A stretch of 50,527 nt of DNA from Flavobacteriaceae bacterium (GTDB taxonomy: Bacteria > Bacteroidota > Bacteroidia > Flavobacteriales > Flavobacteriaceae), in contig JAGQZA010000001.1 in NCBI GenBank assembly GCA_020435805.1, forward strand, positions 1 to 50,527, written 5' to 3'. Under the pieces are notes generated by a model. That model was not told where the DNA came from, ran no database searches, and was given only the letters and a program-made list of their open reading frames with translations. Position 1 is the stretch's first letter, and every line of letters starts with the position of its first letter. The translations under genes and the position numbers were made by a program. Positions 8,895 to 16,911 of this stretch are shown piece after piece.

Positions 8895-9491
8895 ATGATC
8901 TATTCTTTCAAAGGACATATTCCTGTAATTCACGAATCCAGTTTTGTGCATCCGCTAGCTGCTGTTACGGGTAATGTAATTATTGGGAAAAACTGTTATA
9001 TAGGTCCTGGTGCCGCGATCCGAGGGGATTGGGGAGAGATTATTTTGGAAGACGGGGTCAATGTCCAGGAAAGTTGTACCATACATATGTTTCCGGGGAA
9101 AAGCATTGTCTTAAAAGAAAGTGCTCATGTGGGGCACGGTGCTGTTATTCACGGTGCTAATTTGGGCCGAAATTGTTTAATTGGGATGAACAGTGTTATT
9201 ATGGATGATGCCGTCATAGGCGATGAATGTATTGTGGGTGCTATGAGTTTTGTAAAAGCCGAAACTGTATTTGAAGCCAGGCAATTGATTGTGGGAAATC
9301 CTGCAAAAGCCATTAAAGAGGTTACTGAAGAAATGATCGCTTGGAAAACGGCAGGAACAAAATTATACCAGCAATTGCCCAAAGACTGCTTTGAAACCTT
9401 AAAGGAAGTGGAGCCCTTACGTGAAATTCCGAAGGAAAGGCCCAAACAAGAGGATTTTTATAAAACATTGCAAGAAATTAAAAGAAACTAA
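8895..9491 (+). CDS. paaY: PaaY-like hexapeptide-repeat (gamma-carbonic anhydrase family) protein
   Basis: IYSFKG..PV..SSFVHPLA, IRGDWG, HVGHGAVIHG, WKTAGTKLYQQL. Start moved to ATG 8895; the ORF-track extension lies in the repeat. Confidence 0.88.
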   Translation: MIYSFKGHIPVIHESSFVHPLAAVTGNVIIGKNCYIGPGAAIRGDWGEIILEDGVNVQESCTIHMFPGKSIVLKESAHVGHGAVIHGANLGRNCLIGMNSVIMDDAVIGDECIVGAMSFVKAETVFEARQLIVGNPAKAIKEVTEEMIAWKTAGTKLYQQLPKDCFETLKEVEPLREIPKERPKQEDFYKTLQEIKRN

Positions 9492-10762
9492 TGCCGAAAG
9501 TAGAATTCAAAATGCCGCGCTTAGGCGAAAGTATCACCGAAGCTGCCATTATTAAATGGTGGAAAAGTGAAGGTGACACCATTGAAATAGATGAAATTTT
9601 GCTGGAAGTAGCGACCGATAAAGTAGATAGTGAAGTGCCTAGTAACATTTCCGGTACAGTCGTGGAACTTTTGTACCAAGCCAATGATGTTATACAAATT
9701 GGGGCGCCCATTGCCATTATTGATAGTAATGGTAAACCTTTAGAAAAGAAAAAAGCTGTCCCGTCGAGCGCAGTCGAGACGTCTCAAAAAGCTTTAAAAA
9801 CAACTAAAACCTCTCCCCTCCCTCTGGGAGGGGCTGGGGGTGGGATATTTATTTCACCCTTAGTGGAAAGTATTGCGAAGCAACATCATATAAGCTATGA
9901 AGAACTAGCCCGAATCCCGGCATCCGGAAATGACGGAAGACTTCGGAAGAGCGATGTAATGCAGTATATTGCAGAAGGACGACCCTTCAAATTTGCACAA
10001 CCTATTCCTGATAACAGCGGATTTAAAGTTCCCAATTTACAATTTGATAAAGGCAAAGGGAAATTGGTGGAAATGGACCGTATGCGCCAAATGATTGCAG
10101 ATCATATGGTGTTCAGTAAACATACCTCGCCTCATGTAACTGCTTATGTGGAAGCTGACCTTACAGAAATGGTTAGCTGGAGAAATAAGGTAAAGTCTAA
10201 TTTTCAGAAAAAATACAACGAAAAATTGACATTTACCCCACTGTTTATTGAATGCATTGCTAAAGCAATAAAAGAATATCCTATGATTAATTCTTCGTTA
10301 GATGGTAAAAACATCATTGTAAAAGATGATATCAACATAGGGATGGCAACAGCATTGCCTTCGGGAAACTTAATTGTTCCTGTGGTTCGGAATGCCGATA
10401 AAAAAACGCTGCAGGAATTAGCCGCCATTACCAATGAACTTGCTACTAAGGCCCGAGAAGGGAAATTAACCGCCGATGAAACCAAAGGCTCTACTTTTAC
10501 CATAAGTAATGTGGGGACTTTTGGTAGCTTGATGGGAACCCCCATAATTAATCAGCCGGAAGCGGCCATTTTAGCTACGGGAATTATAAAAAAGCGTGCA
10601 GAAGTGATGGAGAGAGAAAGTGGAGATTCCATTGAAATTAGAAGTATGATGTACCTATCCCTTTCCTTCGATCACCGAATTGTAGATGGGTATTTAGCCG
10701 GTTCTTTTTTACGAAGAATAGCCGATGAAATGGAACAGTTTGATGTGAATAGAGAACTATGA
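9491..10762 (+). CDS. 2-oxoacid dehydrogenase E2 (dihydrolipoamide acyltransferase)
   Basis: Lipoyl motif EVATDKVDSEVPS, peripheral subunit-binding domain (SPLV..IA...GSG.DGRL), catalytic DHRIVDG. Confidence 0.93.
   Translation: MPKVEFKMPRLGESITEAAIIKWWKSEGDTIEIDEILLEVATDKVDSEVPSNISGTVVELLYQANDVIQIGAPIAIIDSNGKPLEKKKAVPSSAVETSQKALKTTKTSPLPLGGAGGGIFISPLVESIAKQHHISYEELARIPASGNDGRLRKSDVMQYIAEGRPFKFAQPIPDNSGFKVPNLQFDKGKGKLVEMDRMRQMIADHMVFSKHTSPHVTAYVEADLTEMVSWRNKVKSNFQKKYNEKLTFTPLFIECIAKAIKEYPMINSSLDGKNIIVKDDINIGMATALPSGNLIVPVVRNADKKTLQELAAITNELATKAREGKLTADETKGSTFTISNVGTFGSLMGTPIINQPEAAILATGIIKKRAEVMERESGDSIEIRSMMYLSLSFDHRIVDGYLAGSFLRRIADEMEQFDVNREL
9758..9784 (+). repeat. Family A palindrome in-frame in the E2 linker
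   Basis: GTCC-CGTC-GAGCGCAGTCGA-GACG-TCT, translated as VPSSAVETS. Confidence 0.9.
9813..9844 (+). repeat. Family B-like palindrome in-frame in the E2 linker
   Basis: CTCCCCTCCC-TCT-GGGAGGGG-CT-GGGGGTGGG, translated as SPLPLGGAGGG; same pyrimidine-stem/purine-stem/G-run layout as family B. Confidence 0.75.
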
Positions 10763-12867
10763 TAAAGGAGAATAAATCAAGTTTGAAAGCTACAAGATTA
10801 GATAGAGAGATATTGGTAAAAGCCTTCGCCAATCTATGCACTGCTAAGGCGATGACCTTTTTATACGAAGAGAATTTTAAAGTGGTTTCCAAATATGTGC
10901 ATGCCACTTCCAGGGGTCATGAGGTTATTCAAACCGCAGTGGGACTGCAATTGAAGCCTCAGGATTATGCTTTTCCTTATTATCGTGACGATTCCATGCT
11001 TTTGGCTATTGGGATGCAACCGTATGATTTGATGCTTCAAGTGTTGGCCAAGCGAGACGATCCTTTTTCGGGTGGGAGAACCTATTATTCGCACCCCAGT
11101 TTAAAAGATGAAGACAAGCCTAAAATTCCGCATCAAAGCTCGGCCACCGGAATGCAAGCTATCCCTGCTACCGGAGTCGCTATGGGGTTTTGGTACAAAG
11201 AAGCAGAAGGTATTGATGATGTCACCCTGAGCGCAGTCGAAGGGTCATTAGAAAGGCCAATAGTAGTTTGTAGTTTAGGGGACGCTTCCGTTACCGAAGG
11301 CGAAATAGCCGAAGCCTTTCAAATGGCTGCTTTAAAACAGCTTCCTGTTTTATATCTGGTGCAAGATAACGGTTGGGATATTTCAGCGAATGCTGAAGAA
11401 ACCCGCGCCCAAAATGCTTTTGAATACGCCAAAGGATTCCATGGGTTGGAAGCCGTTACTATCGATGGAACCAATTTTGAAGAAAGTTATCAAACTATTC
11501 AGAATATCATTGAAATTATTCGAAAAGAGCGCCGTCCTTTTTTGGTACATGCGAAAGTTCCTTTGTTAAACCACCATACCTCAGGAGTGCGCATGGAATG
11601 GTATCGAGATGATTTGGAAGAAGCTCGTATGCGAGATCCGTACCCAAAAATGCAAAAATTGTTGGAAGACTACGGATTTACCAAAAAGGAAATTCAGCAA
11701 ATAGAAAACGATTGTATTGACAAGGTGCGAGCCGATTTAGAAAAAGCCTTACAAGCCGAAGATCCCAAACCGGAGGATTTGTTTACTCATGATTTTGCGC
11801 CCACACCTGTTTTAGAAGAAGTAGGGGAGCGTTCCCCAAAAGATGCCGAGAGGGTTGTGATGGTCGATTGTGCCCTTTTTGCCATAGAGGAACTTATGGC
11901 AAAACACAAAGAATGTTTGCTGTACGGACAGGATGTAGGAGGAAGGCTGGGAGGTGTTTTTCGGGAGGCTGCTACATTGGCGCAGAAATTTGGCGATAAT
12001 CGAGTGTTTAATACTCCCATTCAGGAAGCCTTTATTGTGGGTTCTACCGTGGGGATGAGTGCCGTGGGGTTAAAACCCATTGTTGAGGTGCAATTTGCCG
12101 ATTATATTTGGCCGGGTCTTAATCAATTATTTACCGAAGTTTCCCGAAGCTGTTACCTTTCAAACGGAAAATGGCCTGTTTCTATGATTTTACGAGTACC
12201 AATTGGGGCGTATGGGAGTGGAGGGCCCTATCATTCTTCTTCCGTAGAAAGTATTGTCACCAATATCCGTGGTTTAAAAATTGCCTATCCCAGTAATGGA
12301 GCCGATTTAAAAGGATTGCTAAAAGCTGCCTATTATGATCCCAATCCTGTAGTAATATTTGAACATAAAGGGCTATACTGGAGTAAAGTGCCAGGGACCA
12401 AAGGAGCTACCAGTTTAGAACCTGCCGAGGATTATATACTTCCTTTTGGGAAAGCTTGGGTGCTACAGGAAATTTGGAAGCAGGAAGAGGAAGAGACCCT
12501 CTCTATTATTACCTACGGAATGGGTGTGCATTGGGCGATGAATGCTTCTGAAGAACTTGAAATGCAAGATCGTATTGAAATTGTAGATTTACGAACCTTA
12601 CATCCCATAGATTGGGAAACGATTTATACCAGTGCAAAAAAATGTGGGAAGTGTTTAATTGTTACCGAAGAACCTTCCGATAATGGTTTTGCCAGAAGTA
12701 TTCAAGCAAAAATACAAGAAGCGTGTTTTGAGCAGTTAGATGCCCCGGTAATGCTTATTGGTTCCGAAAATATGCCAGCCATTCCGTTAAATAGTGTTTT
12801 AGAGCAAACCATGATTCCTTCCGTGGAAAAAGTAAAAGTAAAAATTCTTGAGATATTGAATTATTAA
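10759..12867 (+). CDS. 2-oxoacid dehydrogenase E1, fused alpha/beta subunits (branched-chain type)
   Basis: ThDP motif GDASVTEG...QDN, HHTSG, GQDVGG..GGVFR, NTPIQE, EVQFADYI, GGPYHS. Confidence 0.93.
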   Translation: MIKENKSSLKATRLDREILVKAFANLCTAKAMTFLYEENFKVVSKYVHATSRGHEVIQTAVGLQLKPQDYAFPYYRDDSMLLAIGMQPYDLMLQVLAKRDDPFSGGRTYYSHPSLKDEDKPKIPHQSSATGMQAIPATGVAMGFWYKEAEGIDDVTLSAVEGSLERPIVVCSLGDASVTEGEIAEAFQMAALKQLPVLYLVQDNGWDISANAEETRAQNAFEYAKGFHGLEAVTIDGTNFEESYQTIQNIIEIIRKERRPFLVHAKVPLLNHHTSGVRMEWYRDDLEEARMRDPYPKMQKLLEDYGFTKKEIQQIENDCIDKVRADLEKALQAEDPKPEDLFTHDFAPTPVLEEVGERSPKDAERVVMVDCALFAIEELMAKHKECLLYGQDVGGRLGGVFREAATLAQKFGDNRVFNTPIQEAFIVGSTVGMSAVGLKPIVEVQFADYIWPGLNQLFTEVSRSCYLSNGKWPVSMILRVPIGAYGSGGPYHSSSVESIVTNIRGLKIAYPSNGADLKGLLKAAYYDPNPVVIFEHKGLYWSKVPGTKGATSLEPAEDYILPFGKAWVLQEIWKQEEEETLSIITYGMGVHWAMNASEELEMQDRIEIVDLRTLHPIDWETIYTSAKKCGKCLIVTEEPSDNGFARSIQAKIQEACFEQLDAPVMLIGSENMPAIPLNSVLEQTMIPSVEKVKVKILEILNY
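11221..11246 (+). repeat. Family A palindrome in-frame within E1
   Basis: GTCA-CCCT-GAGCGCAGTCGA-AGGG-TC, translated as VTLSAVEGS. Confidence 0.9.
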
Positions 12868-12903
12868 GTACATTTCAAGTCTTAACATAAATTTGTTTTT
12901 ACT

Positions 12904-14517
12904 ATGAAAGCTCTTTTTACTAGTTTCCTCTTTTTCTTTGCCTTTTTTGTGAACGCTCAATGGACAACCGATACGGATTTAAATACTTTAGTAGCCGATA
13001 GTGAAGGTGGCGACATGAAAGCTTTGGGAGGCTCTAATGGCAATACGTATGTGGTTTTTTGGAAATCGGTGGCAGCACCTACCAATTATGAATTGCGATT
13101 GCAAATACTGGATGCTAACGGCAACCAATTGCTGGGAAATGATGGTTCTTTGGTAAGTAACCTTATTCCCATGAGTACTTTCACGGTTATATGGAATGTA
13201 GTATTAGACGCCAATAATAATCTTTATATTGGAGCAACAGGTACCGGCGGGGGAGATCCTGCCTATGTGTTTAAGTTGGATGCCAACGGAAACAATTTAT
13301 GGGGTCCTTCGGGGGAAAATATAGGTAGCGGTAATTTAGTAACAGTACTTCCTCTTTTGGACGGTAGCATTATAGCAAGTTGGTACTCGGGTTCGGGCGG
13401 TTTGATGCAAAAAATAGATAGTAATGGCAACAGTCTTTGGCCATCAAATCAACCCATAGAAATAGGTGCTACAGATACTGCGCCAGCCAATTTGTTTGAA
13501 CTATCCGGAAATGAGTTTGCCTTAGTATATCATAAATTAATTGGTGGGATTAATTCTCATCTATATACGCAAAAGTACGATACCAATGGGGATCCGGTTT
13601 GGGGAGCTGCCGTACAAATTTGTAATCAGGCAACGGCTTTTAATAGAAGTTATACAGGACTACAGGACGGAGATGTAATGTATATGGGTTATTTTGGATC
13701 TTCCGGAGTACGGTTCGACTCCTTTTTACAACGCATTAATCCGGACGGAACATTGCCATGGGGAGTTAACGGTTCCGATTTTGATACCAACCAAACCAAT
13801 TACGAAACCTACACCGAAATTGCTTTTGAAGCCGGTTCTCAAAATATCTGGGCCGTTTGTAACTATACAAATACTTCGCAAAGCGATCATGGTGAATATG
13901 TCCAAAAATTTGATAAAGATACCGGAGCAAGACTTTTGGGAAACAATGCCAAAGAAGTATATTCCATTGGAAGCGATAATGTTCATGCAGGAGCGTTGCA
14001 ATTGAAAAATGATAGTCCGTTGTTTCTCTTAAAAAAAGGATTTGATAATGGTGCTACGCCCACAACGTTAGATGTGGTGCATTTAGATGAAAACGGCGAT
14101 TTTGCTTGGCCCGAAGAATCCCGACCTGTTGCAACTTTTAGTGCTAGTAAAAGTAGAATTCATTACACAAAACCGGTAAATCATCAAAGTGTTGCAGTTT
14201 TTATTGAAAATAAAGGAGGTGGTGAAAGAATGTATGCGCAAAATTTTTTGGATGAAGAGTTAAGCGTTGGCGATAAGCCAACTTCCATAATGATACGGTA
14301 TCACAACCCAGTTGAAAACCTCCTTTTCTTGGAAGCAGAGATTCCAATAAAGAAGATGGTAGTTTATTCTACTAAAGGAGAGAAGTTAATCGATAAAAGT
14401 AAAATTCATAAAAATGAAATTACCATAAATTGTGCATCGTGGACTTCGGGTATTTATTTTGTAAAAATAGTTGCTGAAAATGATGTAACTAAGACTCTTC
14501 GTATTATTAAAAAATAA
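12904..14517 (+). CDS. T9SS type A sorting-domain protein, probable beta-propeller
   Basis: Signal peptide (VNA-Q), recurring K/R-x-D-x-N-G-x-x-x-W repeats, CTD (HNPV...SGIYFVKI...RIIKK). Confidence 0.8.
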   Translation: MKALFTSFLFFFAFFVNAQWTTDTDLNTLVADSEGGDMKALGGSNGNTYVVFWKSVAAPTNYELRLQILDANGNQLLGNDGSLVSNLIPMSTFTVIWNVVLDANNNLYIGATGTGGGDPAYVFKLDANGNNLWGPSGENIGSGNLVTVLPLLDGSIIASWYSGSGGLMQKIDSNGNSLWPSNQPIEIGATDTAPANLFELSGNEFALVYHKLIGGINSHLYTQKYDTNGDPVWGAAVQICNQATAFNRSYTGLQDGDVMYMGYFGSSGVRFDSFLQRINPDGTLPWGVNGSDFDTNQTNYETYTEIAFEAGSQNIWAVCNYTNTSQSDHGEYVQKFDKDTGARLLGNNAKEVYSIGSDNVHAGALQLKNDSPLFLLKKGFDNGATPTTLDVVHLDENGDFAWPEESRPVATFSASKSRIHYTKPVNHQSVAVFIENKGGGERMYAQNFLDEELSVGDKPTSIMIRYHNPVENLLFLEAEIPIKKMVVYSTKGEKLIDKSKIHKNEITINCASWTSGIYFVKIVAENDVTKTLRIIKK

Positions 14518-14624
14518 TTTTGTTTTGAAATATTAATTTTTAAAAAGGGATACGGTTTTAAATTTAGGGCAAAACCCCCTTTCACAGGAGTTTACTGTAT
14601 CTTAATTTTAGAAAAACTAAAATT

Positions 14625-14951
14625 ATGTACCAATACAAAGCAAAAATTATTGATGTGTATGATGGGGATACCGTTACCGCTGTAGTGGACTTGGGGTTTC
14701 TTCATTTTCAAGAAATGAAATTACGACTTTACGGAATTAATACTCCGGAATTAAAAGGAGAAGATAGGGATCGCGGTCTTGTGGTAAGAGATATTTTACG
14801 AAATCTTATTTTAGACAAGGAAGTAATGATTCATTCCTATAAAGATAAACAAGGTAAATACGGGCGTTACTTAGCCACTATTTTCCTCGATGGACTTAAT
14901 ATTAACAACTGGTTAGTAGATGAAGGCCATGCGGTTGTTTATATGCCATAA
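14625..14951 (+). CDS. Thermonuclease (SNase-like) protein without signal peptide
   Basis: VYDGDT, RLYGINTPE, GKYGRYLA, INNWLVDEGHA motifs. Confidence 0.85.
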   Translation: MYQYKAKIIDVYDGDTVTAVVDLGFLHFQEMKLRLYGINTPELKGEDRDRGLVVRDILRNLILDKEVMIHSYKDKQGKYGRYLATIFLDGLNINNWLVDEGHAVVYMP

Positions 14952-14975
14952 AAAAGGCGCCTGATGGCGCCTTTT
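14952..14975. terminator. Bidirectional intrinsic terminator
   Basis: AAAAGGCGCC-TGAT-GGCGCCTTTT between convergent genes. Confidence 0.85.
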
Positions 14976-14994
14976 CAAGAAAATTAATTGCTTA

Positions 14995-16080
14995 TTAAAC
15001 TTTAATTAATTTTATGGTTTTTGAGGCATTGCCCGAGCTAACTTTTGCCATGTAAGTTCCCGAATTTAAAGAAGAGATATCAACTGTCATGGTATTCGAA
15101 TTCCCTTCAACTACTTTCACTGTTTGTCCTAAAATGTTGAAGATTTCTATTTGAGTAATCTGATTTTCAGTAGTAATGGTTATAAAATTTTCAGCAGGAT
15201 TTGGAAACGCAGCTACCTGCTGTAGCGTAGTTTCTTGAGTTCCTAAACCGTCATCATAAATAATAAGATCATATTCTGAATTTACAGGAAATGCAGTGCC
15301 ATCTTCGGTATAGATAGACCAGTTGGATCCAGTGTACCACGCTCCTAATATTTCATTTACAATAACATTGGAGGGTTGTCCACTCTCTCCCCAATTATGC
15401 GTAAATACAAATTTAGCGTCAGGTTTTCCGTTTAAAGCAGGATGATCGATGATGGTATAATTACCAAAAACAGTCCCTGCAGTAGCTGCGTGGCGGTAGG
15501 GTACAGCTACACCTCCATTAATGGCTACCATAAAAGCATCGCCAAATTGAATAGTAGAAGCATCCTCGGTATAAAGATTCCAGAAAGAACCATCATACCA
15601 AGTACCATAAGTAAAATCGTTTCTTGAGCTGTTAGGGTTATAGTAGGTTGTAATAACTACTTGAGCTTCCGGATTACCATTAATATCGGGATGATTTAAA
15701 ACCGTGTAGGAAGGGTCGCTACCTTGGTTTCCGGCATCGGCAATATGAACAAACATGTTAGAGCCTTCCTCGATGTAAATAAAATAAGAAGAGTCCTCAA
15801 CAATATTAGCACTATCTTCATTATAAACTCCCCATTTTGCTTGTACAGAGTCATAGTAGAGTCCGGTTCTATGTGGGTTGTAAATACCAGGAGATCCGGG
15901 TGGATTCCATGCATGAGATACTACTAATTGAGCAGAGGGATTCCCATTTAAATCGGGATGGTCTATATAACTTAAATCCGCAGAAATAGTTCCTGCAGTA
16001 GCGGTATGCACAAACATAACATCCTGTGCAAAAAGAGCAGAAAAAGAAATGGTTAATAAAAAAGTAAAGATTGTTTTCAT
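14995..16080 (-). CDS. T9SS type A protein with three tandem ~85-aa repeats
   Basis: Start MKTIFTF (ATG 16080), signal peptide, three repeats with H.A..G....Y..IDHP.LNG.P.A...WY.G..W..Y.ED, CTD (FPNPA...SGTYMAKV...KLIKV). Confidence 0.82.
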   Translation of the reverse strand: MKTIFTFLLTISFSALFAQDVMFVHTATAGTISADLSYIDHPDLNGNPSAQLVVSHAWNPPGSPGIYNPHRTGLYYDSVQAKWGVYNEDSANIVEDSSYFIYIEEGSNMFVHIADAGNQGSDPSYTVLNHPDINGNPEAQVVITTYYNPNSSRNDFTYGTWYDGSFWNLYTEDASTIQFGDAFMVAINGGVAVPYRHAATAGTVFGNYTIIDHPALNGKPDAKFVFTHNWGESGQPSNVIVNEILGAWYTGSNWSIYTEDGTAFPVNSEYDLIIYDDGLGTQETTLQQVAAFPNPAENFITITTENQITQIEIFNILGQTVKVVEGNSNTMTVDISSLNSGTYMAKVSSGNASKTIKLIKV

Positions 16081-16107
16081 AGTTATTGGTTTAGAATTTG
16101 TTATACA

Positions 16108-16115
16108 CAAAAGTA
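16108..16115 (-). promoter_or_regulatory. Bacteroidota -7 promoter box
   Basis: TACTTTTG (TAnnTTTG) on the minus strand, 27 nt upstream of the ATG. Confidence 0.6.
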
Positions 16116-16226
16116 ACTCATTTTGAATTAGTTGTAATAGGTTAACGCCCTTTTTTTGCATGGGGGAATTACCCTATATATTTTTATTTAAGTAAAATTG
16201 GGTGTCAAATCCAAAGAAATTAGCTA

Positions 16227-16259
16227 ATATGTAACAAAGAATAGAATATATGTAACAAA
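16227..16259. promoter_or_regulatory. 12-bp direct repeat with 21-bp period (putative regulator site)
   Basis: ATATGTAACAAA at 16227 and 16248. Confidence 0.5.
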
Positions 16260-16315
16260 AGTGAATGGGTATATAAAATTGAATGAAAAGACGATTTTTA
16301 AAAGAGGTAAGAAAT

Positions 16316-16349
16316 AAAAAACCTCCATAACAAAAGTCGTGGAGGTTTT
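16316..16349 (-). terminator. Intrinsic terminator after the DUF4136 gene
   Basis: AAAACCTCCAT...GTGGAGGTTTT stem; A-run gives a U-tract on the minus strand. Confidence 0.7.
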
Positions 16350-16367
16350 GAAAAAGTATTTTTGTAA

Positions 16368-16901
16368 TTACTTTTCGGGTGGATACTTTGCTAATATTTC
16401 TCTTACAATTTCTCTTATTCGTTCTTCTTTCTTCTCAATATTACCCAATGTTATAAGGCGGGCACTGCCCACGCCTTGCCAAACCAGCTCGTTGGTTTTG
16501 GCATCTATTAAATCAATATATAATTGTCCTTCGGTAGTCCTTGAAACCGTATTGCCCCAGTAACCGCCATACCACCAAGGATTCCATCCCCATCCCCATC
16601 CAAAATTGTTGTTGTACACATCGACACGTTCTTGTTCTTTGGTAAAAATACTGACCAGCATGGTCGGGCTTTCAGATTTTTGAATTCCTTTGGCAGAAAG
16701 TTCTGCGTCAATCGCTCTCAAGATTCTTTTTTTGTCCAAATCACTAATCTTTGCTTTGTCAATACCTGGTTTGTAAAAGGCAAAAGAAGTGTAATTGCCA
16801 AAATTGGCATTCTTGTCATAATCTGTCGCTACTCTTACGGTAGTACAGGAGGATGCTACTAAAACAAGTAGCAACAAGGGTAAAAATTTCATTTTTTTCA
16901 T
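16368..16901 (-). CDS. DUF4136-family lipoprotein
   Basis: Lipobox VASSC, DYDKNANF..Y..FAF, EGQLYIDLIDAKTNELVWQG. Confidence 0.85.
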   Translation of the reverse strand: MKKMKFLPLLLLVLVASSCTTVRVATDYDKNANFGNYTSFAFYKPGIDKAKISDLDKKRILRAIDAELSAKGIQKSESPTMLVSIFTKEQERVDVYNNNFGWGWGWNPWWYGGYWGNTVSRTTEGQLYIDLIDAKTNELVWQGVGSARLITLGNIEKKEERIREIVREILAKYPPEK

Positions 16902-16911
16902 AGCAGAATAT

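Noticed and set aside
521-11246. Family A repeats as a CRISPR array or attC cassette sites
   Set aside because: Spacing is irregular and kilobase-scale, arms vary, several copies are intragenic, and there is no cas gene or integron integrase.
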